From a virus (lineage: Duplodnaviria; Caudoviricetes): a stretch of 64,000 bases of DNA. This document shows, piece after piece, positions 18,386 to 26,455 of this stretch. Every line of letters begins with the position of its first letter. Within the stretch, counting starts at the first letter, position 1. The notes below the pieces were generated by a model. That model saw nothing but the letters and a program-made list of their open reading frames with translations. It made no database searches and was not told the origin of the DNA. Location: the IMG/VR virus record IMGVR_UViG_3300024232_000009, positions 24,243 to 88,242 of that record. One strand, 5' to 3'. The translations under genes and the position numbers were made by a program.

Positions 18386-18703
18386 TCAAACCGGATACCC
18401 ATCCCCCTCTGGCGGCACACCCATGGCCTGCTGAAGCACCGCGCCGTTCACCTGATCGACGTAGTGCACCAGGTTGTCCAGGTCGGTCAGCCGGATCAGC
18501 ACGTAGACCTCCGCGGCCGGGTGGAAGAGGACCACGGCAGGCTCCAGGGGCGGTTCGTTGAACAGCCGCCCCTCCATGCTCGCCGGCAGGCCAGGCAGCG
18601 CGTCACGGTCGATCAGCGGCAAGCTGGGGATGTCGATGTCCGTCGTGGCGATCGGCTGGCCATCGTAATCGAGCAGTCGGTGGCGTCGGTGGGTGTCGGT
18701 CAC
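18386..18703 (-). CDS. Hypothetical protein
   Basis: GTG start 18703 overlapping upstream TGA. Confidence 0.55.
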   Translation of the reverse strand: MTDTHRRHRLLDYDGQPIATTDIDIPSLPLIDRDALPGLPASMEGRLFNEPPLEPAVVLFHPAAEVYVLIRLTDLDNLVHYVDQVNGAVLQQAMGVPPEGDGYPV

Positions 18704-18885
18704 GCGATTGCTCCCAACCCGGCAAACTGCCGCTTCATATCGAAGCGACGCCACAATTCCGCGCGCCATTTAGCTTCGGCGTCAGCATCGGCATAGATCA
18801 CGCTGTTTGTCCCCGGAGGATACGAGAGGCGCGCAATGGCTCGAATAAACAGATTGTCGTCGTCATACGGAGGCTTCTCGCTCAC
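18700..18885 (-). CDS. Hypothetical protein
   Basis: 61 aa, coupled overlaps on both sides. Confidence 0.55.
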   Translation of the reverse strand: MSEKPPYDDDNLFIRAIARLSYPPGTNSVIYADADAEAKWRAELWRRFDMKRQFAGLGAIA

Positions 18886-19094
18886 TTCACCTCTCCAGGC
18901 GGGTCATTCCGCTCAATCGCTTCCTCGATCCGGTCCAGTATCTCGTCCTTCTGGGCGCGGCGCGATTTCCCGGCCGGCGCGAGCGGCGCGGTCACCCAGT
19001 AAGTACCATGCCCGCTATATCCGGAATAGGTGATCGCGTCCTCCCCGGTGCGCGGATCCCAGAACAGCGTCTTGGTCCAGCCAGTCAGGGGCAT
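18882..19094 (-). CDS. Hypothetical protein
   Basis: 70 aa, coupled overlaps. Confidence 0.55.
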   Translation of the reverse strand: MPLTGWTKTLFWDPRTGEDAITYSGYSGHGTYWVTAPLAPAGKSRRAQKDEILDRIEEAIERNDPPGEVK

Positions 19095-19516
19095 CAGTCA
19101 TCCCGTTCGGCCGCGCGCCACACGCCCATGGCGACGTTGCGCAGCAGCGCGTCGATGTCGATGAAGTCGTGTTCCGGCTTCGGCGTGTCATAGCGCGAAG
19201 TGAACATGATCTGCACGGTATGACCGCTGCGAGGCTTATTCCACTCGGTCGGCGCCCAGTGTGCATCGAAGATCGGCCGCAGCCAGCGTTCGAGTTCCAG
19301 CCACCCACCAACGCGCCACATGCGTAGGCTGGGGACGCCGTCCGGCCACGCCTTCGCCGCCTCTCTGACTGCCTCACACAGTTCGAACAAACCGTTTGGC
19401 TGTCCGTACGGGTGCTGGCGCACTGCCCACATGGCGATCTGCCCCACCACCTCACTGTCGGTGATCAGGCGCGGCTTTCCGGTGTCGTCGACAGCCAGGG
19501 TGATCGTGTCGCTCAT
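19094..19516 (-). CDS. Hypothetical protein
   Basis: ATG 19516 (MSDTITL) with ATGA overlap. Confidence 0.6.
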   Translation of the reverse strand: MSDTITLAVDDTGKPRLITDSEVVGQIAMWAVRQHPYGQPNGLFELCEAVREAAKAWPDGVPSLRMWRVGGWLELERWLRPIFDAHWAPTEWNKPRSGHTVQIMFTSRYDTPKPEHDFIDIDALLRNVAMGVWRAAERDD

Positions 19517-19710
19517 GATGGCTTGCGTCCTTCCTCGTATTCCTCGCGGCGGTCCATCGAATGATGAACCAGAATGCCGTCCTTCATGGTCGGCTTGCAC
19601 CAGCACGCGGGGTTGTCACCCTCGTGATCGCGCAGATCGTCCATCGGATACACCGCCGGCGGTCGCCCATTCCATGGACCGTCAGCGCGCCAACGCGACG
19701 TCGTGTTCAC
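19513..19710 (-). CDS. Small His/Cys phage protein (DDLRDH...CWC.P...HHSMDRRE)
   Basis: GTG 19710 overlapping upstream TGA; putative metal-binding motif. Confidence 0.6.
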   Translation of the reverse strand: MNTTSRWRADGPWNGRPPAVYPMDDLRDHEGDNPACWCKPTMKDGILVHHSMDRREEYEEGRKPS

Positions 19711-19898
19711 GCCGGCCTCGTCGGCACATGCACTACCCGCCGCGTCCACCCGGGCTGGGTGTGCCAGATCGGCCGCGTGCGCAAGCTGTCCATCCGCTGG
19801 AGCGCGCGCACCCGCATCGCCGGCGTCCACCTATCGGTCTGGCACCACAAAACCTGCGGCGTTTGGGTGGTGATGACGGTGGCGTGGCGCGGCAGCAT
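19707..19898 (-). CDS. Hypothetical protein
   Basis: ATG 19898 (TGATG overlap). Confidence 0.45.
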   Translation of the reverse strand: MLPRHATVITTQTPQVLWCQTDRWTPAMRVRALQRMDSLRTRPIWHTQPGWTRRVVHVPTRPA

Positions 19899-20191
19899 CA
19901 CTTCGGCCTCGCAGGTTGATCCGGGGCCAGCATCAGCGCCTTCAGCCGGTCGATCAGCCAATTCGTCTGCGCCATGGTCATGCCGCTGTCGAGCAGCACC
20001 AGACCACCGGCCTCGGTCTCGGAAAGCACCACGCAATGCGGTAGGTTCATCTTCGCCGCGGCACCGAGGACTTCATCTACCGAATGGAACGAAGTCGGGA
20101 TGCGTAAGAGTTGCGGCGGCTTCGGAGACGCCGCGCCTTTCGGCATTTCTACCTTCAAATCGGACCGAGGGATCACGTCCGTTTCTTTCAT
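19898..20191 (-). CDS. Hypothetical protein
   Basis: ATG 20191 (ATGA overlap). Confidence 0.55.
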   Translation of the reverse strand: MKETDVIPRSDLKVEMPKGAASPKPPQLLRIPTSFHSVDEVLGAAAKMNLPHCVVLSETEAGGLVLLDSGMTMAQTNWLIDRLKALMLAPDQPARPK

Positions 20192-20553
20192 GCCAGCGCC
20201 TTCCGCGCAATCTGATCGATGAGCGACAGCGCGGTCCATGGTCGGTCCTGTCGCACGCCGGTCACCTCACGGATCGCGCGCAAGGCTGCCTCGTGTCCGA
20301 TATCAGAAGCCTTCCTGTTCCGGGCGCTCGGGATCGCCAGGAACAGCACGCACTCGCCCGCCTCCGTGCAGTGCGGTTCGTTCTGGCAGTAGGACATGCT
20401 GCGCATGTGGCATTCCAGACCGCTGTGCGCGGGCGGCGGCGTCCGGACAGGAGCGTCAGGGAAGTCCGTGTATTCCGGCCGAGACAGAACTTCATGCGCC
20501 TTCGCAATCACCTTGGCCGGGTCCGAGGGCGGCATCGGCAGGATGTCCATCAC
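20188..20553 (-). CDS. Hypothetical Cys-containing protein
   Basis: 121 aa, coupled. Confidence 0.5.
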   Translation of the reverse strand: MMDILPMPPSDPAKVIAKAHEVLSRPEYTDFPDAPVRTPPPAHSGLECHMRSMSYCQNEPHCTEAGECVLFLAIPSARNRKASDIGHEAALRAIREVTGVRQDRPWTALSLIDQIARKALA

Positions 20554-20849
20554 ACGTCCCCCGTCGGCAGTTCGTTCGGCACCACCTTCTCGACCTCGGA
20601 CGACAGCGCGATCGCCCCGATCTGCTCCATCAGCCGCCCATGCGTGTCGGCCATCGCCGTGCGCAACCGGCCATACGCCTGCTCGACCGCCACCAGCCGG
20701 TCAACGTCCTTCTGGGTGACCTCGCGCTTATCGTCGATCGCCACGTCATACATTGTCAGAGGCATGTTGCTTCGATCCTTTGGCCAACCGCAAAACCGAC
20801 ACGCCCCGCGCTCATAGATACACCACGAAACGCACGGTTCTGGCCGCAT
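20550..20849 (-). CDS. Hypothetical protein (N-terminal Cys cluster, C-terminal coiled coil)
   Basis: TAATG overlap at 20849. Confidence 0.5.
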   Translation of the reverse strand: MRPEPCVSWCIYERGACRFCGWPKDRSNMPLTMYDVAIDDKREVTQKDVDRLVAVEQAYGRLRTAMADTHGRLMEQIGAIALSSEVEKVVPNELPTGDV

Positions 20850-21031
20850 TAGCTCATTTTTTGGGTCTGGCTGGGCTTTCCATACCGGGTCTTCATATCC
20901 ACCTGCGGCACCTTCGCCGGCGGCATCTGTTTGGCGGTCTTGTTCACGCCCGAGCCCTTGATCTTGCCCTGCGGCTTCTCGGCCTTGTGCTTGCCGCCCG
21001 CCGCCTTCATTGCCTTAACTGGCGCCTTCAT
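20849..21031 (-). CDS. Small Lys-rich basic protein
   Basis: MKAPVKAMKAAGGKHK...; coupled. Confidence 0.6.
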   Translation of the reverse strand: MKAPVKAMKAAGGKHKAEKPQGKIKGSGVNKTAKQMPPAKVPQVDMKTRYGKPSQTQKMS

Positions 21032-21294
21032 CGGTTTGCTCCGTCGTTGGTTGGTCGTTTCAGGTAGTGGCCGCGGTCGATGTAGCCCGTGGACCCAGCC
21101 AGGTTCGTCGCGGCTGACCTGATCTGTTCAGCCGTCCACGGCCCAACGGAGGCGACGTGCGAGTTGTCGCAGTAAACGCACCACCATTCCTCGCCGGTCT
21201 CCGGGTGCTTTCCCTTTAGCCCGGCCATGCCGCCAATCTCGGTCGGCTCGTAGCCGTATTCCGGGTTGGCCCGAATGATGTCGTCGGCTGTCAT
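21028..21294 (-). CDS. Hypothetical protein
   Basis: 88 aa, coupled. Confidence 0.55.
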   Translation of the reverse strand: MTADDIIRANPEYGYEPTEIGGMAGLKGKHPETGEEWWCVYCDNSHVASVGPWTAEQIRSAATNLAGSTGYIDRGHYLKRPTNDGANR

Positions 21295-21473
21295 GACGCC
21301 CCCATAGCTTCAACCTTACCCGCAAGCATTTCTTGCCCCAGGTGGATAAGAAAGCGGCCGAGGATTTCCGGCGGGCAGTCTTTCCGATCAATCACCGCGA
21401 TCTGATCGAACGACTGGCCGCCGTCCGCCACCACGAAACTCAGTGTGATCGCGTACTGGGTTCCGTCGATCAC
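21291..21473 (-). CDS. Hypothetical protein
   Basis: 60 aa, coupled. Confidence 0.5.
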   Translation of the reverse strand: MIDGTQYAITLSFVVADGGQSFDQIAVIDRKDCPPEILGRFLIHLGQEMLAGKVEAMGAS

Positions 21474-21655
21474 CTGCGCTGTCCCATAGACCCTTCACCC
21501 GACGACGCCGACAGCCGCGGCTTACCGTCCCTGGTGAAGTTCCGGTCCTTCGCCCCGTCCTTCGGCGTGACGTTGTGCGGCGGGCCCTTCTTCTTCTTGC
21601 CCTTCGCGGGCAGGACCGGCGTCAGTGTACTGTTCTTCATGGTGTGACCCTTCAC
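21470..21655 (-). CDS. Small Lys-rich basic protein
   Basis: KGKKKKGPPH...; coupled. Confidence 0.55.
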   Translation of the reverse strand: MKGHTMKNSTLTPVLPAKGKKKKGPPHNVTPKDGAKDRNFTRDGKPRLSASSGEGSMGQRR

Positions 21656-22182
21656 AGTTCGATTTCCCGCGCGACGATCTTCGGTGCCTCAACCTCGCGG
21701 ATTTGGTCAAGGTCAAGTTCACGCTTGCCGGGTGGCGGCGGTTCAGCGGGCACGGCCTCGGCCTGGGTAGGCGCCACCTCCAAGCCCTGGTAGCCCGGCT
21801 GCTGCCACGGCTGAAGAACGGATTGGCCAAGCCCCTGGTCAATCCCCTGACCAAGGTACTGCTGGATCGCCAGCGCCTGCAGGTAAGCCTGCTGCTGTTG
21901 CTCGGCATTATAGCGTTGTGCAACGCCCATCCACTGAGGCGTGCTTGGCGTGGTGATCGTGCCACCGCCCACCAACACCGAACCAATCGCACCACCAGCG
22001 ATAGACCACGGCATGCCGTTATTCCTTCCTCGTGGTGGAGACTGCGACCCCATTATCGCCTGCCGGTTCCGCTCGGCGATTTCCGCCATGACAGCCCTGT
22101 CCTGCTTTCGGCAGGCTTCCTCCCAGCGTCGGTCATCCGCAGGCGTCGCGTTCAGTGGAGGGCCGCTACCGTATGCCATCAC
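21652..22182 (-). CDS. Gln-rich hypothetical protein
   Basis: 176 aa, coupled. Confidence 0.55.
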   Translation of the reverse strand: MMAYGSGPPLNATPADDRRWEEACRKQDRAVMAEIAERNRQAIMGSQSPPRGRNNGMPWSIAGGAIGSVLVGGGTITTPSTPQWMGVAQRYNAEQQQQAYLQALAIQQYLGQGIDQGLGQSVLQPWQQPGYQGLEVAPTQAEAVPAEPPPPGKRELDLDQIREVEAPKIVAREIEL

Positions 22183-22445
22183 TTCCTCTTTGGTTTCGTC
22201 ACCTTCGCCGTGCCCTTGTTCGATTTCGTGATCCTCGCGACTTTCTTCACCTTGCCACCCTTGGAATAGCCACCAAGCGCGTCAGGAGCGTTGTAGAACT
22301 GGCGCATTTCAGCGGTCATCTTGCTCGGCGGCTGAGACATCTGCTTTTGCTGCCCGTCTCGAAGAAATTTGCGCGCACGACTATCCGCCGCCCGGCTCTC
22401 GTTGGTATCTGACTCGATGTAGGCTGGCAGATCGTCTCTGGCCAT
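22179..22445 (-). CDS. Basic protein with SKGGKV motif
   Basis: 88 aa, coupled. Confidence 0.6.
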   Translation of the reverse strand: MARDDLPAYIESDTNESRAADSRARKFLRDGQQKQMSQPPSKMTAEMRQFYNAPDALGGYSKGGKVKKVARITKSNKGTAKVTKPKRK

Positions 22446-22768
22446 TAGCGCTTACTCCCCTTCGGCATAGTCACTTTCGCCGTTCCTCGGTTTACCGCCG
22501 CCATCTTGCGATCGCCATACTTCTGCGCGGACGCCCGCTTGATGACGTGCTCTCCCTTCTGCGCCGCGATCAACCCGTCGTCGCGCCCGACCGGTTTGCC
22601 AGCGACCTTGGTCACCTTCCCGCCCTTCGCCTTCTGCGGCGGCTTCTCGGGTTCGCGTTTGTCGCCGCCCTTTTTCCCGCCAGAGGCGGCTTCCTCTACC
22701 TTCCGCGCAAACCCCTCCGCGAGCGTCTTTCGCGGGTCCCGTATCCCGAGAGTGTCGAACAGCGCCAT
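22445..22768 (-). CDS. Basic protein with AKGGKV...D...KGEHVI motif
   Basis: 107 aa; resembles the GGxV...D.ipa.ls.GE.V motif of tape-measure/ejection proteins. Confidence 0.6.
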   Translation of the reverse strand: MALFDTLGIRDPRKTLAEGFARKVEEAASGGKKGGDKREPEKPPQKAKGGKVTKVAGKPVGRDDGLIAAQKGEHVIKRASAQKYGDRKMAAVNRGTAKVTMPKGSKR

Positions 22769-22932
22769 CAGCGTTTTCCTTTCGGTTTGGTCTTCGCGGG
22801 ACGATCGCGGACAACCGCGTTCGCGGCCATAGCGGCGCGCTTCGGCGATCCTGTCTGTTTCAGGACCGATTCCTCAATTGCATCCCACTGGCGCTTGCGA
22901 GCGGGCGTGTTGGCCTTCTTCGAACGTGGCAT
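22768..22932 (-). CDS. Small basic protein (ChaB-like pattern, tentative)
   Basis: ATG 22932 (TGATG); RKRQWDAIEESVL...AAMAANAVV. Confidence 0.55.
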   Translation of the reverse strand: MPRSKKANTPARKRQWDAIEESVLKQTGSPKRAAMAANAVVRDRPAKTKPKGKR

Positions 22933-23882
22933 CAGATCCCCTCCGGTCCCATGCGCCACGGCTCGCACTCCCGGTGCTGGAACGGGTTGTGCGTCGGCTT
23001 CGGGGTATCAGGAACGGTCGGCGCGTTTGCCGCGGTGAACTGGGCCAGCCGCGTGTTCAGGTCGGCGATCGTCGCGTCGCGCGCGGCAATCTCGTCCCGC
23101 GCCTGCTTTCGACCGTCCAATCGGGCACAGCGTATGACCTCCGTTAGCCGCGCGTGCGCCATCGGGTCATCGCGCCGGCCCTCGCGATCCATCAGAACCT
23201 TCGCGACGAACTCGGGCGGATGCTGGGTCGGCGGCCCATTTGCCAGACGATCAACTTCGCCCTTCAGGTGGTCCCGCTCAGTCACCATCCTGGCGCACTG
23301 CGCGGACCATTCATCCCGATCGTGCGCCATGGTGTTGTAAGCCCTGCGCCACGTCTCAGCATCGGCGCGCGCCGCGTCCCGCTCCCGCACCAGATCGTCC
23401 GAGGGCGTGTGGGGCAGATACGACACCGCCCCCTGCATCGCGTCCTTCCACGCCGCCTCGTCGACGTCGATTGCCGACACGAAGAAAGGCGGCTTTGGCT
23501 CCAAGGCGACGGACACCGGCCCCTCGATAGCGCTCATCGCCTCCGTGACGCGATCAATTTTGAAGTCATGGGTATGCCCAAGGTCCATCGCAGTCGCTGC
23601 CACAGTTGTCCCCTGCTTGACCGTGTAGCTGATCGGCTTGCGGAGGCGCTGCCCTGGTTGAAGCGGGGTCGTGCCGCCGTTCGTCTTCATCGCCGCAACC
23701 TGCTCGGGCGTCCACTGCTCGCCCTCGGCGAATTCGAAGTAGAGGATTTGCTCGGGCCACAACCGACAATCAGCCGAGGCAACTATTGATAGGTCACCAC
23801 GCTCTCGGTACAGGATGGTCTTATTCATGTAGGGTTTCGACACCCACCCGCTCGGTAGATCAACCTCAGTTTCCCGTTCCAT
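22932..23882 (-). CDS. Hypothetical protein with C-terminal coiled coil
   Basis: GAGGTGAGG RBS before ATG 23882. Confidence 0.65.
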   Translation of the reverse strand: MERETEVDLPSGWVSKPYMNKTILYRERGDLSIVASADCRLWPEQILYFEFAEGEQWTPEQVAAMKTNGGTTPLQPGQRLRKPISYTVKQGTTVAATAMDLGHTHDFKIDRVTEAMSAIEGPVSVALEPKPPFFVSAIDVDEAAWKDAMQGAVSYLPHTPSDDLVRERDAARADAETWRRAYNTMAHDRDEWSAQCARMVTERDHLKGEVDRLANGPPTQHPPEFVAKVLMDREGRRDDPMAHARLTEVIRCARLDGRKQARDEIAARDATIADLNTRLAQFTAANAPTVPDTPKPTHNPFQHRECEPWRMGPEGI

Positions 23883-23894
23883 CCTCACCTCCTG

Positions 23895-23975
23895 TCAACG
23901 CCCAAACAGCAGCCACTCAATCGTCCCTATCACTGCGGCCACGCCGATACCAAGCAGGATCACGAACTCAGTCAC
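23895..23975 (-). CDS. 26-aa hydrophobic peptide (MTEFVILLGIGVAAVIGTIEWLLFGR); below ORF-track cutoff
   Basis: Fills the gap between coupled genes; single transmembrane helix. Confidence 0.4.
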   Translation of the reverse strand: MTEFVILLGIGVAAVIGTIEWLLFGR

Positions 23976-24177
23976 GGCTCGCCCAACCAATCGCGTCGGC
24001 CAAGAACAGCGCTTCGCCATCGATCGAGGGATACGCCACTGTGCTGTAGCGGATCCCGAGGCGCTTCGCTTCCGCCGCCTTCGTCAGCGCCTCACGCATC
24101 TTTTGGCGCGGATCATTCCAATAGGCGATGATCTGGTCGACGCGACGGCGCTTTTCATGGTCCGTCATATCCATCAC
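23968..24177 (-). CDS. Hypothetical protein
   Basis: 69 aa, coupled. Confidence 0.55.
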   Translation of the reverse strand: MMDMTDHEKRRRVDQIIAYWNDPRQKMREALTKAAEAKRLGIRYSTVAYPSIDGEALFLADAIGWASRD

Positions 24178-24347
24178 GTCCTGAACTCCTCATCCGCCGG
24201 CACGTAGCTGAACGCCACATGCTTACCGTCCACCTTCCCGCACCCGTGGCACCGAAACCCGATCCACACCACGCCGCGCGCGGTCACGGACACCACCTCG
24301 CCACGGTTCCAACGCAGCAGGTGCGCGAGACGGTGCAGCCAGGTCAT
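24174..24347 (-). CDS. Small CxxC protein
   Basis: ATG 24347 (ATGA overlap); FRCHGCG. Confidence 0.55.
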   Translation of the reverse strand: MTWLHRLAHLLRWNRGEVVSVTARGVVWIGFRCHGCGKVDGKHVAFSYVPADEEFRT

Positions 24348-24493
24348 GGCATCCTCAAGACGGCTGCAATCGCCGCGCACGCCAAGGAGAGCATCGCAAA
24401 CGGGATGGTCTGCCGAGGGTTGTAGAGCATCGCACCTAACCCGATCCCCATCAGAGCCGCCGCCGCGACCACGAACGTATAGCTTTCGCTCAT
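24344..24493 (-). CDS. Small membrane protein (2 TM)
   Basis: ATG 24493 (ATGA overlap); hydrophobic. Confidence 0.5.
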   Translation of the reverse strand: MSESYTFVVAAAALMGIGLGAMLYNPRQTIPFAMLSLACAAIAAVLRMP

Positions 24494-24813
24494 GGCTCGA
24501 ACGGCACAGCGCGCCACTCCCGCTCGCCGCTGGTCCGGCAGAACCATTCCTGCTGGAGTTCCTGCCGGTCGCCAAGGTGCTTGTCGTTCCACATGATCGG
24601 GAACCCCTTCCACCGGAACATAGGCAACGGCTCCCACGTCTTACCCACCGACGGCGTCAATACGATCACGGACGGGTCAGGCGTGTCGGCCTGCAACCCG
24701 GCCATCTGCGTACGCTCCCATACGCACCGCTCGCAGTGGCCGCACGCGGAGCCCAGCGCATACGATCCCCGACACGTCGGCTTGGTGAAGGTCTCGAACG
24801 GCGGCCTGCTCAC
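24490..24813 (-). CDS. Hypothetical protein with Cys cluster (C...CGHCERC)
   Basis: 107 aa, GTGA overlap. Confidence 0.55.
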   Translation of the reverse strand: MSRPPFETFTKPTCRGSYALGSACGHCERCVWERTQMAGLQADTPDPSVIVLTPSVGKTWEPLPMFRWKGFPIMWNDKHLGDRQELQQEWFCRTSGEREWRAVPFEP

Positions 24814-25079
24814 AACGCGCCCTCCCGGATGCGTGCCGCCCGCAACGGCGCATACTCCCAGAACCGCTTGTATCCACGGTCGGTCCAGACGACGTCAGCC
24901 GCCAGCACCTCGGCCCAAAACGGACTCCCCGGATAGTTCTCGCCGGCGATGACCGTGTCGCCGTCCTTTCGGTCCTTGCTCGGGTCGTCGGGCTTCTCCG
25001 GGTCCGGTATGCCCTCGACCAACCGAACGAACCCCTCGCCCAGGTTGACGACGTGGTAGCGCTTGCCGGCCTCGATCAT
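24810..25079 (-). CDS. Hypothetical protein
   Basis: 89 aa, coupled. Confidence 0.55.
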   Translation of the reverse strand: MIEAGKRYHVVNLGEGFVRLVEGIPDPEKPDDPSKDRKDGDTVIAGENYPGSPFWAEVLAADVVWTDRGYKRFWEYAPLRAARIREGAL

Positions 25080-25492
25080 AGCTGCCCTTCCTGTTTAAGC
25101 TGCCTGACCCGCTGCACCGCGTTCTCGCTGGCCATTTGCAGGAGCGACGACATCGAGTTACCCAAAAACGTCAACATCGCCTGCGGCAGAACGTCCAGGA
25201 TCGCGTCACGTATCGTTTGCTTCACCTTCGGATCCGCCAACAACTCGCCCATGACTGTCTTACACATGGCCACAGCCGTGCTTTCCGCCGCAGCGACGGC
25301 CGGACTGGCAATCTCCCGGGTATGATACCCTTCCTTGATCTGCCGACGGTCGAACAGCGCCTGCTTTACGGCGCGACGGACCAGCTCCGTCATCGCGTCC
25401 TCGTCACCGATCAACGACATCAGCGTGTCGTCCTTGAGTCGCTGAACGATCCGTTCCTCGAGGCTCATCGTCGCTGAATTCGTGCTGCTCAT
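25076..25492 (-). CDS. Hypothetical helical protein
   Basis: 138 aa, coupled. Confidence 0.6.
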   Translation of the reverse strand: MSSTNSATMSLEERIVQRLKDDTLMSLIGDEDAMTELVRRAVKQALFDRRQIKEGYHTREIASPAVAAAESTAVAMCKTVMGELLADPKVKQTIRDAILDVLPQAMLTFLGNSMSSLLQMASENAVQRVRQLKQEGQL

Positions 25493-25872
25493 GCCTTCTT
25501 GCCCTTCCCTGGGTTGATCGCGCCGACCAAAAGCTTGCGTCGATACTCCCGCTCGGCATCGGTCAGTGGTTTGGCCTCAACCGCACCAGTCAAAACGGGG
25601 CCTAATGGGGAGGCCGACACAACCGCTTCCAATGATGCCTTCGGAGCTGCGGCGCGAAGCACCTTCCCCACCTGCCGCGCCTTCGCCGCCAATTTGGTCG
25701 AGCCGCGCGAGGGTGGCACCGGTAGCGCCGTCTCGTTCGCCTCGGGCCGCCGCATCCGCATCCGCACCAGTTCAGCGAGGGTCAGACTGAGCGCCTTTGC
25801 CTGCGCTTCCCAATCGGCCAGCTCCTCGGGTGTTGTACGCACAATCAGTCGGCTCGTTCGCTTCTCTGCCAT
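25489..25872 (-). CDS. Ribbon-helix-helix (MobC-like) DNA-binding protein
   Basis: KRTSRLIVRTTPEELADWEAQAKALSLTLAELVR pattern; GAGGGG RBS before ATG 25872. Confidence 0.65.
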   Translation of the reverse strand: MAEKRTSRLIVRTTPEELADWEAQAKALSLTLAELVRMRMRRPEANETALPVPPSRGSTKLAAKARQVGKVLRAAAPKASLEAVVSASPLGPVLTGAVEAKPLTDAEREYRRKLLVGAINPGKGKKA

Positions 25873-25885
25873 CGAATCCCCCTCG

Positions 25886-25942
25886 TGTGCGTACAGAGGC
25901 TGGCATATTCTGTGCGTACGTTCAATGCCGCGTACGCACAGA
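25886..25942. promoter_or_regulatory. Putative operator: three TGTGCGTAC half-sites (direct, direct, inverted)
   Basis: 25886-25894, 25911-25919 and inverted 25932-25940; perfect 12-bp inverted repeat 25909-25920/25931-25942 with 10-bp spacer. Confidence 0.6.
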
Positions 25943-25948
25943 TAGGCG

Positions 25949-26455
25949 TCACACCCTCCCGACGTGCCCCTTCGCGCGCTCGGCCCGCCACTTCTCGGCC
26001 ATCGGGTCGGGGCCGGCCATCGCACCCATGGAGAAGCCAGGACGCGGCGCTGAAGGTGTCTTCGTGGTGAAGATGCCTTCCGGCTTGGCCGGCGCAACAA
26101 CGACGGGAGGCGGCGCAACAGGCGCGGGCTTCGGTGCAACGGGTTCAGGCTTGGCGATCGGGATCACGATGCGCAGCGACCGCGCCCGGTTCTGCACCGC
26201 CTTGTCGCTCGGCATCTCGGGCCCGGGCATTCGCCGCAGCAGCGGGCAATACTGGTGCGGCATCATGCGATCTTCGATGACAAAGTGCCGCAGCGCGGCC
26301 AACCTGTCGTCCGTCAGCCACCTGCCGCGCACGACAACCTTGTCGACTGCCTCGGCCAGCGCCGCGCGTTCGATCCCGCGTAATTCGTCCTCGGCAACGG
26401 CCAACGCCCGCTTGATCGCCGCGATCCTCGCACGTAGATGATCCCGGCGCGTCAC
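25949..26455 (-). CDS. Hypothetical protein with possible HTH and Pro-rich tail
   Basis: GTG 26455 overlapping the terL TGA. Confidence 0.55.
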   Translation of the reverse strand: MTRRDHLRARIAAIKRALAVAEDELRGIERAALAEAVDKVVVRGRWLTDDRLAALRHFVIEDRMMPHQYCPLLRRMPGPEMPSDKAVQNRARSLRIVIPIAKPEPVAPKPAPVAPPPVVVAPAKPEGIFTTKTPSAPRPGFSMGAMAGPDPMAEKWRAERAKGHVGRV

